Assembly: GCA_965222375.1 (NCBI GenBank)
Contig: CBDCTZ010000004.1
Coordinates: 13,435 to 77,434, forward strand
Direction of reading: 5' to 3'
Length of the DNA: 64,000 bases
Source of the DNA: Polyangiaceae bacterium
GTDB taxonomy: Bacteria; Myxococcota_A; Polyangia; Polyangiales; Polyangiaceae
A program made the translations under genes and the position numbers. Of this stretch, positions 39,504 through 48,949 are shown in pieces; position 1 is the first letter of the stretch; each line of letters opens with the position of its first letter. The notes under the pieces are model-generated. The model saw only the letters and a program-made list of their open reading frames with translations, searched no databases and was not told where the DNA came from.

Positions 39504-40636
39504 TCGGACCCCCTGCGACCTCCGCCGCCCGGTCGGTCTGAGCGAAAGCGACGCGAGGCGGGCGGGCGAGAGGGGGGCTTGCTCGTCGCTTGCTCAGCGA
39601 CCGCCTCCTTGGCGTCCGTGTCCCCCACCACCGGAGTGTACAAATAGCCGTGCTGCTGGAAGACGCAGATGCGATTTCCGCCATCGCGTTTCGCCTGGTG
39701 CAGTGCCGCGTCCGCAGACCGCAGTAGCGCATCTTTGGTCCGCACATCCCGAGACGGGAACAGAGCGACCCCCACGGAAAGCGTCATTTTGAAAGGCCGT
39801 GCGGTTTCCCCAAAGAACGTGCGCTCTCCAACCTCTCGCCAGATGCGCTCAGCGACGGTCACTGAACCGGCGAAGTGGGTGCTGGGCAGCACCACCAAGA
39901 ACTCGTCGCCACCGAAGCGGGCAACGACATCCACATCGCGCACGGTGCGTCGGATGCTGTCCGCAACCCCGCGAATGACCGAATCTCCCGCGGCTCGCCC
40001 GTCCGCGTCGTTGGTGGATTGAAGGCGATCGATATCGATGACGATGCACGCCAAGGGGTCGTGGTAGCGCTCCGCACGCTTGAACTCCTCCGTCAGCCGG
40101 GTGTGCAAGTACCGGTAGTTGTACAAACCAGTCAGGTCGTCGTGCACGCTGAGCTCTTCGAGCTTCATGCGAGCGCGCGCTACGTGGTCGTGCAGCTTTT
40201 TGATCCGCAGCATGGCTTCGACCCGCGCGATCAACTCTCGCTCGTCAAAGGGTTTGCATACGTAGTCATCCGCACCTATGCGCAGCCCCTCGACCCGACT
40301 CGCGGTGTCTGTCTTCACCGTAACCAGAACGACTGGCAGAAAACTCTCCGTCGTCATGCCCTTGAGCAAGCGACAGGCCTCGAGCCCCGTCAGGCGCGGC
40401 ATCAGTATGTCGAGCAGCACCAGATCGACTCCGCCGCGCCCCGCACGCTCGACCGCGACCTGCCCATCCTCGACGGTCTCTACTTTGAAGCCGTTCGTGC
40501 GGAGGATGTTGGCCAGCATCTCCCGGGTCAGACGGTCGTCGTCGGCCACGACGATGGTGGACCCGACAACGGAGCGCGAAACCGGCCCCCCCGAAATGGG
40601 CGGTTCGCTTGCCAGCGGCGAGTCACTATCCGACAC
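39500..40636 (-). CDS. REC-GGDEF diguanylate cyclase
   Basis: REC (DDD, DILMP, KPF), DDLTGLYN, I-site RDVD, A-site GGDEF. Confidence 0.93.
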   Translation of the reverse strand: MSDSDSPLASEPPISGGPVSRSVVGSTIVVADDDRLTREMLANILRTNGFKVETVEDGQVAVERAGRGGVDLVLLDILMPRLTGLEACRLLKGMTTESFLPVVLVTVKTDTASRVEGLRIGADDYVCKPFDERELIARVEAMLRIKKLHDHVARARMKLEELSVHDDLTGLYNYRYLHTRLTEEFKRAERYHDPLACIVIDIDRLQSTNDADGRAAGDSVIRGVADSIRRTVRDVDVVARFGGDEFLVVLPSTHFAGSVTVAERIWREVGERTFFGETARPFKMTLSVGVALFPSRDVRTKDALLRSADAALHQAKRDGGNRICVFQQHGYLYTPVVGDTDAKEAVAEQATSKPPSRPPASRRFRSDRPGGGGRRGSE

Positions 40637-40706
40637 ATCATCGAGGGTACCACTACTGCAATTCTCTTTGGGTCAAAGAGCATTCTCGCCCTTTTCCCCG
40701 GCACGC

Positions 40707-42572
40707 CTAGGGCATCAGATCTACGCTGAACATGACGTCGACGCCTCCCCGTCCCACGCGATGCGCACCCTGCGCGACTAGCGCCAGGCAGTCGCACGGG
40801 TGGCGATAGGAGGTCGCACCAGCGAGGGCAACCAGCGAGCGGTCCGACACGTCAAAGTGGGCGGTGGCGGCGGTGGAGAGAAAGCGCGCCCATGCCAAAG
40901 TCGTGCCTCCACCCGCGGACCACCCGGGGCCGGCGAGGCGAGCAAAGGGAAGCTGCTCTATTTCGTCTCGTGCAACGTAGCGCGCATCCGCACCGCCGTC
41001 TTGGGTACCCTCGACGTGGCCCGAGAGGGACCAACTACGCAGGCTGCCGATTCGCAGCTGCCCGAAGACGGCTGCGTGCTCCTCGAGCTCCAGCCCGCTC
41101 GCCGCATCAACGGACGCGCCCAGTATTCCGAAGTCGGCGAGCAGGTGTAGGCCACCCCATGTCTCTCCGGCGCGCGTGGCTGCAATTCGACCTCCTCGCA
41201 CAGCGGCGGACAGTCCACTACCTGTCCGCCACGCCCCCACCCGCGACTTCACCCCAACCAGCCCTGCCAGGTTCCGCTCCTCGATTGGCAACGCACCGGT
41301 GCCGGAAAGGGACGCCTGCCGCACCCAACCGACCACTTCGGGCTCGATTCGGTGCTGCCAGTCACCTTCGGCTCCGAAGCGGCGTTCCAATGGCAAACCA
41401 ACGCTGCTCCGCACGGACAGCCAGACCGCACGCTGGGCTTCACGCTCCCGCTGCTGACTCAAAGCGCCCTGCCCTAGACGCACGCTCGTAACCATGGGTC
41501 CGAGAGGGCTCGCCAAAGCCACTCGGGAGCGTTGCACCACGACGGTCGTGGTCTCGACTGGCCCGGAAAAAGTTCGCGCACGCGCATCGACGAAGGTACT
41601 ACCAACCGAGCCGATCGCCCCGTGCAGAGCGGCGAAGGCTCCGGGACCATGCAGCCACTGCGCGTCATGAGGTCGGCCCCGTTGCGCCGAGCCGGAAATC
41701 CCCACCCCCAAGGCAAGCCCTCCCTCGGAACCCTGGACCTCGAATTCAGCTCTGTCAGAACGCTGGGCCGCAGGTGACAGAGCCATGATGCCCCGGCGAG
41801 CGCGGGTGCCGCGTGCCACGTCAGCGCGCCATGTGACGCCGCCCGCCGGCGCGGCGTCCGCGTAGCCAGTGGCTTCGACTTCCGTAACACTCTCCTCCAG
41901 ATGATCCCAAGACACGCGCGTGGTCGTCGTGTTGGACGCCAGGGCCGCATCGATATCGGCACCGCCCTCGAAGTAGCCACCCGCACGAAGGTCCGCAGCG
42001 ACACCGCTGCCTAAAGGAAGGTGTACCCCGGCACCAGCAAAAAGCCCATCATCACCCCGCCATTGTACGACGGGTGGCAGCAAGCCCAAGCGATCTGACG
42101 AGCGCAGCCACAGCGCGGGCAGATACATCACTGGCACGCTCCCGATGTACAGGGTCGGGTCCTCGACGAGTAGGTCTGTCGGTGGAGCCAAGAGCGCGGA
42201 GGAAAAGCCCAATCTCACCGGCGGGTCCGGGCAAGGGCAGAAGGAAACCCGACCAGGCCCCTCCGTCTCGACGCCCCGAGACCCCCGAGTCAATCGCAGT
42301 CGCTCACTCCGCAGCCGGTAGCGTGCAACGCAGATCTCGACATCGTCTCGCAGCTCGAGGGTCGTCAGGTCGCCGTCCACCTCGACAACGCCTGCCCGAA
42401 AATCCACCCGGGTCGTCCCGCCTTCGCGAACCACCGGCCCGCAGATCGGCGGGTCCTTGTCCTGGGCGGCCCCGGGTTCCGGCGTCGCCTGGGCCTGACT
42501 CCGCGCGCACCAGAGCACGACGCCCAGGGTCAGGGCATGACCCAGGATGGGTCGGCCCGGCCAGGCCCTCAC
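40707..42572 (-). CDS. divergent LptD-like outer-membrane beta-barrel protein
   Basis: Signal peptide; FCPC..PPVRL...PTLYIGSVPVMYLP...RLGLLPP resembles the LptD N/barrel junction; late YRHPCDC; amphipathic C-terminal strand. Confidence 0.6.
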   Translation of the reverse strand: MRAWPGRPILGHALTLGVVLWCARSQAQATPEPGAAQDKDPPICGPVVREGGTTRVDFRAGVVEVDGDLTTLELRDDVEICVARYRLRSERLRLTRGSRGVETEGPGRVSFCPCPDPPVRLGFSSALLAPPTDLLVEDPTLYIGSVPVMYLPALWLRSSDRLGLLPPVVQWRGDDGLFAGAGVHLPLGSGVAADLRAGGYFEGGADIDAALASNTTTTRVSWDHLEESVTEVEATGYADAAPAGGVTWRADVARGTRARRGIMALSPAAQRSDRAEFEVQGSEGGLALGVGISGSAQRGRPHDAQWLHGPGAFAALHGAIGSVGSTFVDARARTFSGPVETTTVVVQRSRVALASPLGPMVTSVRLGQGALSQQREREAQRAVWLSVRSSVGLPLERRFGAEGDWQHRIEPEVVGWVRQASLSGTGALPIEERNLAGLVGVKSRVGAWRTGSGLSAAVRGGRIAATRAGETWGGLHLLADFGILGASVDAASGLELEEHAAVFGQLRIGSLRSWSLSGHVEGTQDGGADARYVARDEIEQLPFARLAGPGWSAGGGTTLAWARFLSTAATAHFDVSDRSLVALAGATSYRHPCDCLALVAQGAHRVGRGGVDVMFSVDLMP

Positions 42573-43252
42573 TTCCTTCGGACGCCGCGGGGAAGTCGCC
42601 GAAACGGCGCGTCGCTGTAACGCTTCTTCGCTTTGGGCAATTGAATGCGAAGCACCATGATGCCGCCGGGGCCGCTTTCGACCTTGTGGCTCGGCGTACC
42701 CGTGGCCTCGCGCATGTTCAGAACGAGTTGCGCGCCGTTCTTGTCCCGCCGAAGCCGCGCGCTTCGCAACGGAGTGTCGAAGTACTCGGTCCGCAGGGTG
42801 CGAGTGTTGTTGTGGACCGCGATACTCGCCCCGGTGAGGATGTACGTAACCCGCCCCGCCGCAGCACTCACGACCACTGGAACCCTCTTGTTGACGTAGA
42901 CCCAGACTTGGCTACCGCCGTCGGGCAGCATCAAGAACCCCGGGTAGGTGGCGATGGGTGCGTTGGGGTCGAACTTGCGACGGGCCCGGCGACGCCGACG
43001 GCGCGGCTTCTTGTCGGTCCAGCTGTAGCCACCTGTAACTGACGGTTTGGACTCTTTGGCCTTTTCCTTGTCAGCGCCCGCCGCGCCAGCTGCCGGGGCC
43101 TGAGGGGCGGCGGTGGGGGCCGCAGGCGGCGGCTGCACGACGGTAGTGTTGGACTTTCCAGACGTATTGGATTGAGCCGCGACTTCAGGCGCACCCAGCA
43201 GGCACGCCGCCACGGTTGCGGACGCCAAGCCGCAGGCGACAGACCACTTCAT
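42569..43252 (-). CDS. secreted protein with possible AMIN-like domain
   Basis: Signal peptide, Pro/Ala linker, beta-rich C-terminus (FDTPLRSARL...AQLVLNMR); GTGA overlap with LptD-like gene. Confidence 0.6.
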   Translation of the reverse strand: MKWSVACGLASATVAACLLGAPEVAAQSNTSGKSNTTVVQPPPAAPTAAPQAPAAGAAGADKEKAKESKPSVTGGYSWTDKKPRRRRRRARRKFDPNAPIATYPGFLMLPDGGSQVWVYVNKRVPVVVSAAAGRVTYILTGASIAVHNNTRTLRTEYFDTPLRSARLRRDKNGAQLVLNMREATGTPSHKVESGPGGIMVLRIQLPKAKKRYSDAPFRRLPRGVRRK

Positions 43253-43303
43253 GGTCCGGTATTGCAGCACGGACAGCCGTGCTTGACCAGAACCGGCGAC
43301 AGA

Positions 43304-44764
43304 TCAGCGCGGCTTTACCTTCAAAGCCACGGCCTTCTTGGTCGGCGCCTTGGCGCTCTGCTTGGTCGCGGTCTGATAGATCTTGTCCAGTTTGGCCGTG
43401 AGCGTCAGGTAGAAACGGGCATCCGGGCTGTAGAGGATATTGCGTCGGGTACCCTCTGGGCCGACCTGTCGAGTCACGTTGGCGTAGCCCGCAGCGACCG
43501 ACATTTCGTCGATAGGAGTGACGCTGACTTCCGGGTTGAACCAGGTGACGACCGAGAAGTTGTTCGGGTCCTCCACCTGGTCTGGAGTCGTGCAGCCCGT
43601 CAGCAGGTTGCAGACCTGTGTCGTGTTGTCGAATTCGTACTTCCAGGAGGGCCGGAACGAAACGAGCAGCCCGAAGTCAACTCGGTCAGCGATGGCTACG
43701 TCACCCAAGAAGTCTATGGACGTCTCATGCTCCGCGAAGGCCGAACCACCCAGTTGATCTCCCGGTGCACTGCGACCATCAGGCCCCATTCGCACGCGAC
43801 CCAAATCACTGCTTACAGGCTGTGTCGCATCGGTGAACCAATGCTTGTAGCCGAGACGCAAGGTGGCAGACGCGGTCTGCAGCACGTCCGACTCACTGCC
43901 CATGAGCGGGAAGCCTTGGCCGACGAAGACCTGAGCGCCAGCACTCAGAATGCGGCCGTTGTTCGAACTGACCTTCGAGGTTGGAAACTGCAGCGTCGGC
44001 ACCCGCACACCGAGGTCCGTAGTGATGTCCCCATTTGTATACAGATTCCGTGAGTACTGCGGGAATATCACTGCGTCGCTGAAGGTCCACTCGCCGCGGT
44101 CCGTCGTGCCATCGCTATTGGTGAACTCCCGAATCAGGTCGATACGCGCCCGCAGGCTGATGCTCTGCTTGGCCTCTTCCGTTTCCCATAAGTAGTAGCG
44201 AGGAGTGAAAATGAACGACATCTCGTAGGTTGGGTTGCGAGTCTGGATGTCCTGGCCAATGCCCAAGGTTTCGGTGGTTGCGGAGTGGTCCCAACCAAGG
44301 GATGTGCCACGCCACTTGAGCTTTTCTTTGTTCTCCCCTTCGCCGGCACCGCCGGGCGTGCCGCCCTGGTCGGCTTGGGGCGAGGTACTGGCTCCGAACC
44401 CGATGCCAACTCCGCCTTGGGCGGGCGCCGCCGCCGGCGCTGGAGCGGCAGCAGGTGCGGGGGCGGGGGCGGGGGCAGCAGGCGCCGGTTGAGCTTCCGC
44501 GGTGGGCGGTTGGGTGGCGGCAGGCTGGGTAGCGGGCGGAGGCGGGGTCTCCTCTTCCGGCTTTTTCTCCCCTTCGGCGCCCTCGGCCGGGGCCTTGGTT
44601 GCTTCACCCTCGGCCGGGGCTTCACCCTCGGCTGGCTTTTCTTCGGCTGGCTTTTCTTCGGCTGGCTTCTCCTCAGCCGGGGGCTCTTGCGCCCAGGCGG
44701 AGCCCGTAACCAACAGCGCGGAGGCGGACAGTGACGTCCAAAGAGTCAAGAGAGCGCGCTTCAT
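43304..44764 (-). CDS. hypothetical outer-membrane beta-barrel-like protein with disordered P/A/E-rich N-terminus
   Basis: Signal peptide ending AWA, AAGGA SD, amphipathic strands. Confidence 0.7.
   Translation of the reverse strand: MKRALLTLWTSLSASALLVTGSAWAQEPPAEEKPAEEKPAEEKPAEGEAPAEGEATKAPAEGAEGEKKPEEETPPPPATQPAATQPPTAEAQPAPAAPAPAPAPAAAPAPAAAPAQGGVGIGFGASTSPQADQGGTPGGAGEGENKEKLKWRGTSLGWDHSATTETLGIGQDIQTRNPTYEMSFIFTPRYYLWETEEAKQSISLRARIDLIREFTNSDGTTDRGEWTFSDAVIFPQYSRNLYTNGDITTDLGVRVPTLQFPTSKVSSNNGRILSAGAQVFVGQGFPLMGSESDVLQTASATLRLGYKHWFTDATQPVSSDLGRVRMGPDGRSAPGDQLGGSAFAEHETSIDFLGDVAIADRVDFGLLVSFRPSWKYEFDNTTQVCNLLTGCTTPDQVEDPNNFSVVTWFNPEVSVTPIDEMSVAAGYANVTRQVGPEGTRRNILYSPDARFYLTLTAKLDKIYQTATKQSAKAPTKKAVALKVKPR
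44601..44674. repeat. intragenic tandem repeats (3x15 bp, EEKPA; 2x about 18 bp, PAEGEA)
   Basis: GGCTGGCTTTTCTTC at 44630, 44645 and variant at 44660; GCTTCACCCTCGGC at 44601 and 44619. Confidence 0.8.
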
Positions 44765-45065
44765 CCGAATCAGTTCCTTTCTGCGCGACCGACCGGTCGC
44801 AATCGCTCGTGCGGGGGCCCGGGGAGCGACTTTTCGCCCCGAGGGCTTTCACGAATCGATTCCTGAGTCAATTCGGGCCCCTTGAAGGGACCTAGGCCCG
44901 CAAGCACGGAGCGTGTGTGCAGGATTCATTCCTACACCCATCGTTCGAATAACCAGTTGATTTTATACACCTTTTCGAGACGGCCGTTGGTCGCGTTACA
45001 GATCGCACGCTGAATTTCGCCGTGGTCGTCGCGAAGCTGACGCCGAGGAAGTATTAGTCCTAGGC

Positions 45066-45410
45066 ATGGACTCGACGCTTCCCGCCACCGAGATCACCGC
45101 GCTGCTGGGTCATGGCACTCGCTTCGAGGGCAAGCTCCTGTTTGAGGGTCGAGTGCGCATCGACGGTTATTTTCGCGGGGAAATTCGGAGCGAAGACGTG
45201 CTCATCATCGGCGAGGGCGCAGACGTCGAGGCCGAAATCGAGGTCGCCACGGTGATCATCAAAGGCGGCAGCGTGACCGGCAATGTGCGCGCCAAGTCCT
45301 CGATCGAACTGTACGTGCCGGCCAGGGTCAGCGGCGACCTGCATTCGCCAGAGATATTCATGGACAGGGGCGTGCACTTCTCGGGGAACTGCACGATGGC
45401 ACCGGTCTAG
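45066..45410 (+). CDS. bactofilin (polymer-forming cytoskeletal protein)
   Basis: LGHGTRFEGKL.FEG.VRIDG.F.GEI...L.IGE...V.A.I...G.V.GNV beta-helix pattern. Confidence 0.93.
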   Translation: MDSTLPATEITALLGHGTRFEGKLLFEGRVRIDGYFRGEIRSEDVLIIGEGADVEAEIEVATVIIKGGSVTGNVRAKSSIELYVPARVSGDLHSPEIFMDRGVHFSGNCTMAPV

Positions 45411-45492
45411 AGGGCTGCCGGGGTGGACCGAGCCAGCGAGAGGATGCACTCTGGAGGAAGGCATCCCGCGCCCGGCGCGTATCAGGCACAAG

Positions 45493-46152
45493 ATGAGAGG
45501 CGGAAAAAGCTCGTGGTGGAAGCCGGCACTCGCGATCGCCGCCATGCTGTCGGTGCTCGGCGCCCCCTCCTCCGCATTCGCGGAGGCGAACGCCGAAGCG
45601 AAGCGGTTGATGAAGATCAGAGACTCCGAGCGCTACGAAGTCCTGACCAAGCACAGCAGCACCAAGGCGGGTTGCGCACGAGTGCACATCGCCGCACCCG
45701 AGAAGATCGTCAAGAAGATCACCAAGGACTTTCAGCACTACGACGAGTTCATCAAGAAGTTCGACAAGTCGAAGGTTGTCGGACGAAACGGCGACAAGAC
45801 GGACGTCTATCTCCAGGTGCCGATCCTGAAGGGAGCCGCGAAGATCTGGGCAGTGGTGCGCTTCTCACCCATGAAGAAAGTGGGCGGCGAGCATGTGCTG
45901 CAGGGCTCTATGATCAAGGGCAACGTCCGGCGCATGGATGCCAAGTGGCGCATCAAGAAGATCGACGCCAAGAACACCCAGCTCAACTTGGAGCTGCTGA
46001 TCGTTCCCAAGCTGCCGGTGCCCGGTTCGGTGGTGACCGGTGAGGTCGCCTACGCAGCAGACGTGGCTGTCATGGGCTCGCGGAACCGCGCGGAGCGCAA
46101 GTACAAGATCTTGCGAGCCAAGAAGAGGAAGAAGAAAGCGAAGAAGAAGTAG
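45493..46152 (+). CDS. secreted SRPBCC/START-like (polyketide cyclase) protein
   Basis: Signal peptide, IAAP..IV..I.KDFQHY.EF, KGNVRRMDAKWRI; poly-Lys tail. Confidence 0.7.
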   Translation: MRGGKSSWWKPALAIAAMLSVLGAPSSAFAEANAEAKRLMKIRDSERYEVLTKHSSTKAGCARVHIAAPEKIVKKITKDFQHYDEFIKKFDKSKVVGRNGDKTDVYLQVPILKGAAKIWAVVRFSPMKKVGGEHVLQGSMIKGNVRRMDAKWRIKKIDAKNTQLNLELLIVPKLPVPGSVVTGEVAYAADVAVMGSRNRAERKYKILRAKKRKKKAKKK

Positions 46153-46183
46153 GCGCACCTGTGCCACGCTTCGCTCCACACTC

Positions 46184-46714
46184 GTGTTGGTCGCCGCACT
46201 CTCGAGTTGCGACTGCAAGCGCCCCGCCCAGAGAGTGCCGACCCAAAGCGCCAGCGCGGCGCCCAGCACCTCCGGGAGCGGTTCGGCGGCCGCCCCCGCC
46301 CCGGTATTGATTCCCTTGGAAACCCGTTTGGGATGCTGGGCGGACGCCGGGCGAGGAACGTCGCGAGCACGCCTGGACCGGCTCGAGCGCGCCTGCACCC
46401 CGGCTCAGGAGCGACTGCGTGAGGCCGCGATGGTTAGCGGTCGGGAGCTCCGGGTGGAACTTGGCGATGGAATGCACTGCCTGCGCGCCCTGGCCGCAGC
46501 GGACTCGGAAGAGCGCGACCTGAAGCTCGTGATGGTCTTGCCGGACGGCCGAAGAGTAGACGATGGGATCCGCTCCAACGTCGCAGTCGTGCCCCCGCGC
46601 GGCCCACTATGTGTGCAAGGCCCGACCCGGCTTACGCTGCGGCTCGACGCCGCCAAGCTGGCGATGGTGCGCGTGTTCGAAGTGCCGCAGCACGGGGGCG
46701 CAGCGGATCAATGA
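46184..46714 (+). CDS. hypothetical lipoprotein
   Basis: VLVAALSSC lipobox-like; start uncertain. Confidence 0.55.
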   Translation: MLVAALSSCDCKRPAQRVPTQSASAAPSTSGSGSAAAPAPVLIPLETRLGCWADAGRGTSRARLDRLERACTPAQERLREAAMVSGRELRVELGDGMHCLRALAAADSEERDLKLVMVLPDGRRVDDGIRSNVAVVPPRGPLCVQGPTRLTLRLDAAKLAMVRVFEVPQHGGAADQ

Positions 46715-48228
46715 ACGTCCAGCCGCCACAATACGGCACCATCGCGACCGACGGCTGCGACTCCCGCGGGTCCGGGACCTGCGCTCAGCTCCGCGTCGGC
46801 CCCAGGCCCTGGCTCTCGCAGGACGACCCCGGTCTTGATTCGGGCTGCGCCGTCCAACAACTGGAAGTAGTTCCGGGGCACTGAGGCAGGTGCTGCCAAG
46901 GTGATCTGCCCGCGACCTTGAGCATCTAGGGCTGGCGCAATCGCGGCGAGTTCGCTGCCGTCGCCCACGGCGAGAGTCTTGCGTTGCCACACCCCCGCGC
47001 CACCTCCGGAGATCAGACCGAAGCCAGCGGAGGCGGTGGAGATCTCCAGTAGACCTGGCAACAAGGTGATGGCAATGACCGTCGAAGATGCCATTCGCCC
47101 GAAACGGCCGAGCTGGCCATCGAGCGTCACGAGAGTCCAAACGAACGCCAGCGAAAGTAGAGGCAGCCCCAGCACCGAAAGCGGCGGGTAGGCTGACAAC
47201 AAAGCCGGCAATGCCGCTGAGCCCAAACCAAGCGCTGCGAGCGCCAACAACTCCGGCAGCGAGCCGCTCCGAAATCCCGAGGATGGGCGCCTTCGCCAGA
47301 GCAGCATCGGCGCAATCCCGATGCTCAAGAGCACTGTCAAAGGAGTTGTCAGTGCCAGCCAAACTGCCGGGTACGCAACGGGCGTAGGCGGAGCCTGGAC
47401 GACGCTGCCAAGATACCAGGTTGGAGCGGCGTGAATGGCGATAGGAGCCAACACGAACCGCGCGATCCCAACGCTCCCCGCCTTCCAGAGCGCGGGGTTG
47501 AACGCGATCATGCCGATGGGGATCGCGGCCAAGCTGAGCAACAGCCAGGGCGGTGCAGCGGCAAAGCCGCGTCGGGCAGGCACCGGCCCGCGACGCACGT
47601 GCCTAAGCCAGTGTGCGATGACGAGCGCGAGCACCAGCCACAGCACCGCAAGACTGTGAGCAGCCCCCAGCGCGAAAGTGCCGGCAACGAGAAGCGCGTG
47701 CAAGCCGCGGCGCGAGCCACGGAGGGTCCCCTGGGCAAACGCGGCGGCAATCAGGCCGACGCTGGTCAGAAACACGGGCATGCTGGTCACCGCCACTCCG
47801 TGCAACCAACGCGGCATGCACAGGAGGACCAGCGCAGAGAGCGTAGCCGTCCGCTCGCCCCAGGGGCGCCGGAGCAAGAAGAACAGCGCGACCGGTCCGA
47901 AGGATGTCAGTATCAACAGCGGCAGGCGTGCCGCTGTGATCTCGTCCACGGCTCCGATCCGACCCAAGCTCAAACTCGACCACGCGCCAAGCAGCACGAA
48001 AAGGGGAGAGCCAGTACCGAGGCGACTGAGCAGGTGCTGACCTTCAGCACTGAGCAGAGCGCCAGGACCCGAGTCCGCGATCTGGCGGACCAAGGGCTTG
48101 GCCGCCTCTACAGCGGACAGGAAGCGAACTTCTTCGAAGGCTGGTCCCGTGACCGCCGAAGCCCCGATTCCGCAAACCAGACAGACCGCGATGAGGGCCG
48201 TCAACAGGATTCGAGACGGCCGACTCAC
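46708..48228 (-). CDS. GT-C/ArnT-like (family 39-like) integral membrane glycosyltransferase
   Basis: FEEVRF, SPLFVLLG, AARLP, multi-TM. Confidence 0.55.
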   Translation of the reverse strand: MSRPSRILLTALIAVCLVCGIGASAVTGPAFEEVRFLSAVEAAKPLVRQIADSGPGALLSAEGQHLLSRLGTGSPLFVLLGAWSSLSLGRIGAVDEITAARLPLLILTSFGPVALFFLLRRPWGERTATLSALVLLCMPRWLHGVAVTSMPVFLTSVGLIAAAFAQGTLRGSRRGLHALLVAGTFALGAAHSLAVLWLVLALVIAHWLRHVRRGPVPARRGFAAAPPWLLLSLAAIPIGMIAFNPALWKAGSVGIARFVLAPIAIHAAPTWYLGSVVQAPPTPVAYPAVWLALTTPLTVLLSIGIAPMLLWRRRPSSGFRSGSLPELLALAALGLGSAALPALLSAYPPLSVLGLPLLSLAFVWTLVTLDGQLGRFGRMASSTVIAITLLPGLLEISTASAGFGLISGGGAGVWQRKTLAVGDGSELAAIAPALDAQGRGQITLAAPASVPRNYFQLLDGAARIKTGVVLREPGPGADAELSAGPGPAGVAAVGRDGAVLWRLDVH

Positions 48229-48347
48229 CGCAAAAGCCCCACGATCGACTCGGCCAAGGCAGCGATGAAGAGCCCGACCATGATTGCGAGAGGCAGGCGC
48301 TTACCCCCAACAGCCGGCTGGGGTCGTGGCTGGGTCTCCGGGCTCAC
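48225..48347 (-). CDS. 40-aa single-TM small protein (below ORF-track cutoff)
   Basis: MSPETQPRPQPAVGGKRLPLAIMVGLFIAALAESIVGLLR; AGGA before GTG; GTGA overlap with GT-C gene. Confidence 0.5.
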   Translation of the reverse strand: MSPETQPRPQPAVGGKRLPLAIMVGLFIAALAESIVGLLR

Positions 48348-48444
48348 AAAGTGGTCCTAACCCGCCGCCGCGACTGGGGAAAGTGCCTGTGGCCGGGAGA
48401 TTCAGTTTGCCCACAGACCGGGGCGTGTGGTGTAGGCTCGGAGT

Positions 48445-48942
48445 ATGACGCGCTTGTCCGTAGGAGCTGTGCTTCTGGCCGCGACATTTCTCGGCGGCTG
48501 CCGTTCCGCCCACATCGAGGATGTCTACGTCGCCCGCGACAAGGCAGGAGTGCGAAGGACTGACTGCATCAACGCGAACGCCGAGCAGTTTCACATCTTC
48601 ATCGAGGTACTGAGCTTCAGAGAAGACACGCTGGTGTGGCCCATCTTCTCAGTGGAGGAAGCCGTGGACGAGATCCCCAATCCTCCCTTCGTCTTCGAAG
48701 ATGACGAGCTTCGCGAGTTCGGCAACTTCGCGCCCGGCAAGGGCGAATTCCGCCTCTCCCTTTCGTCTGAGCGCGTCTCGAACCCGAGCCCCGGCGAACC
48801 CCCACCAGCGCCGTACCTCCGAGCCCTATACCGCATGGACGTCTTCCTGAACGACGATGGCGCACCGAGTGAGACGCTTCTGTTCACGATCGACGACAAC
48901 GAAAAGCGCTGTCCATTCTCGCCACTGCCGAATACTTACTGA
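48445..48942 (+). CDS. hypothetical lipoprotein
   Basis: Lipobox LGGC. Confidence 0.75.
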   Translation: MTRLSVGAVLLAATFLGGCRSAHIEDVYVARDKAGVRRTDCINANAEQFHIFIEVLSFREDTLVWPIFSVEEAVDEIPNPPFVFEDDELREFGNFAPGKGEFRLSLSSERVSNPSPGEPPPAPYLRALYRMDVFLNDDGAPSETLLFTIDDNEKRCPFSPLPNTY

Positions 48943-48949
48943 TTCGAAA

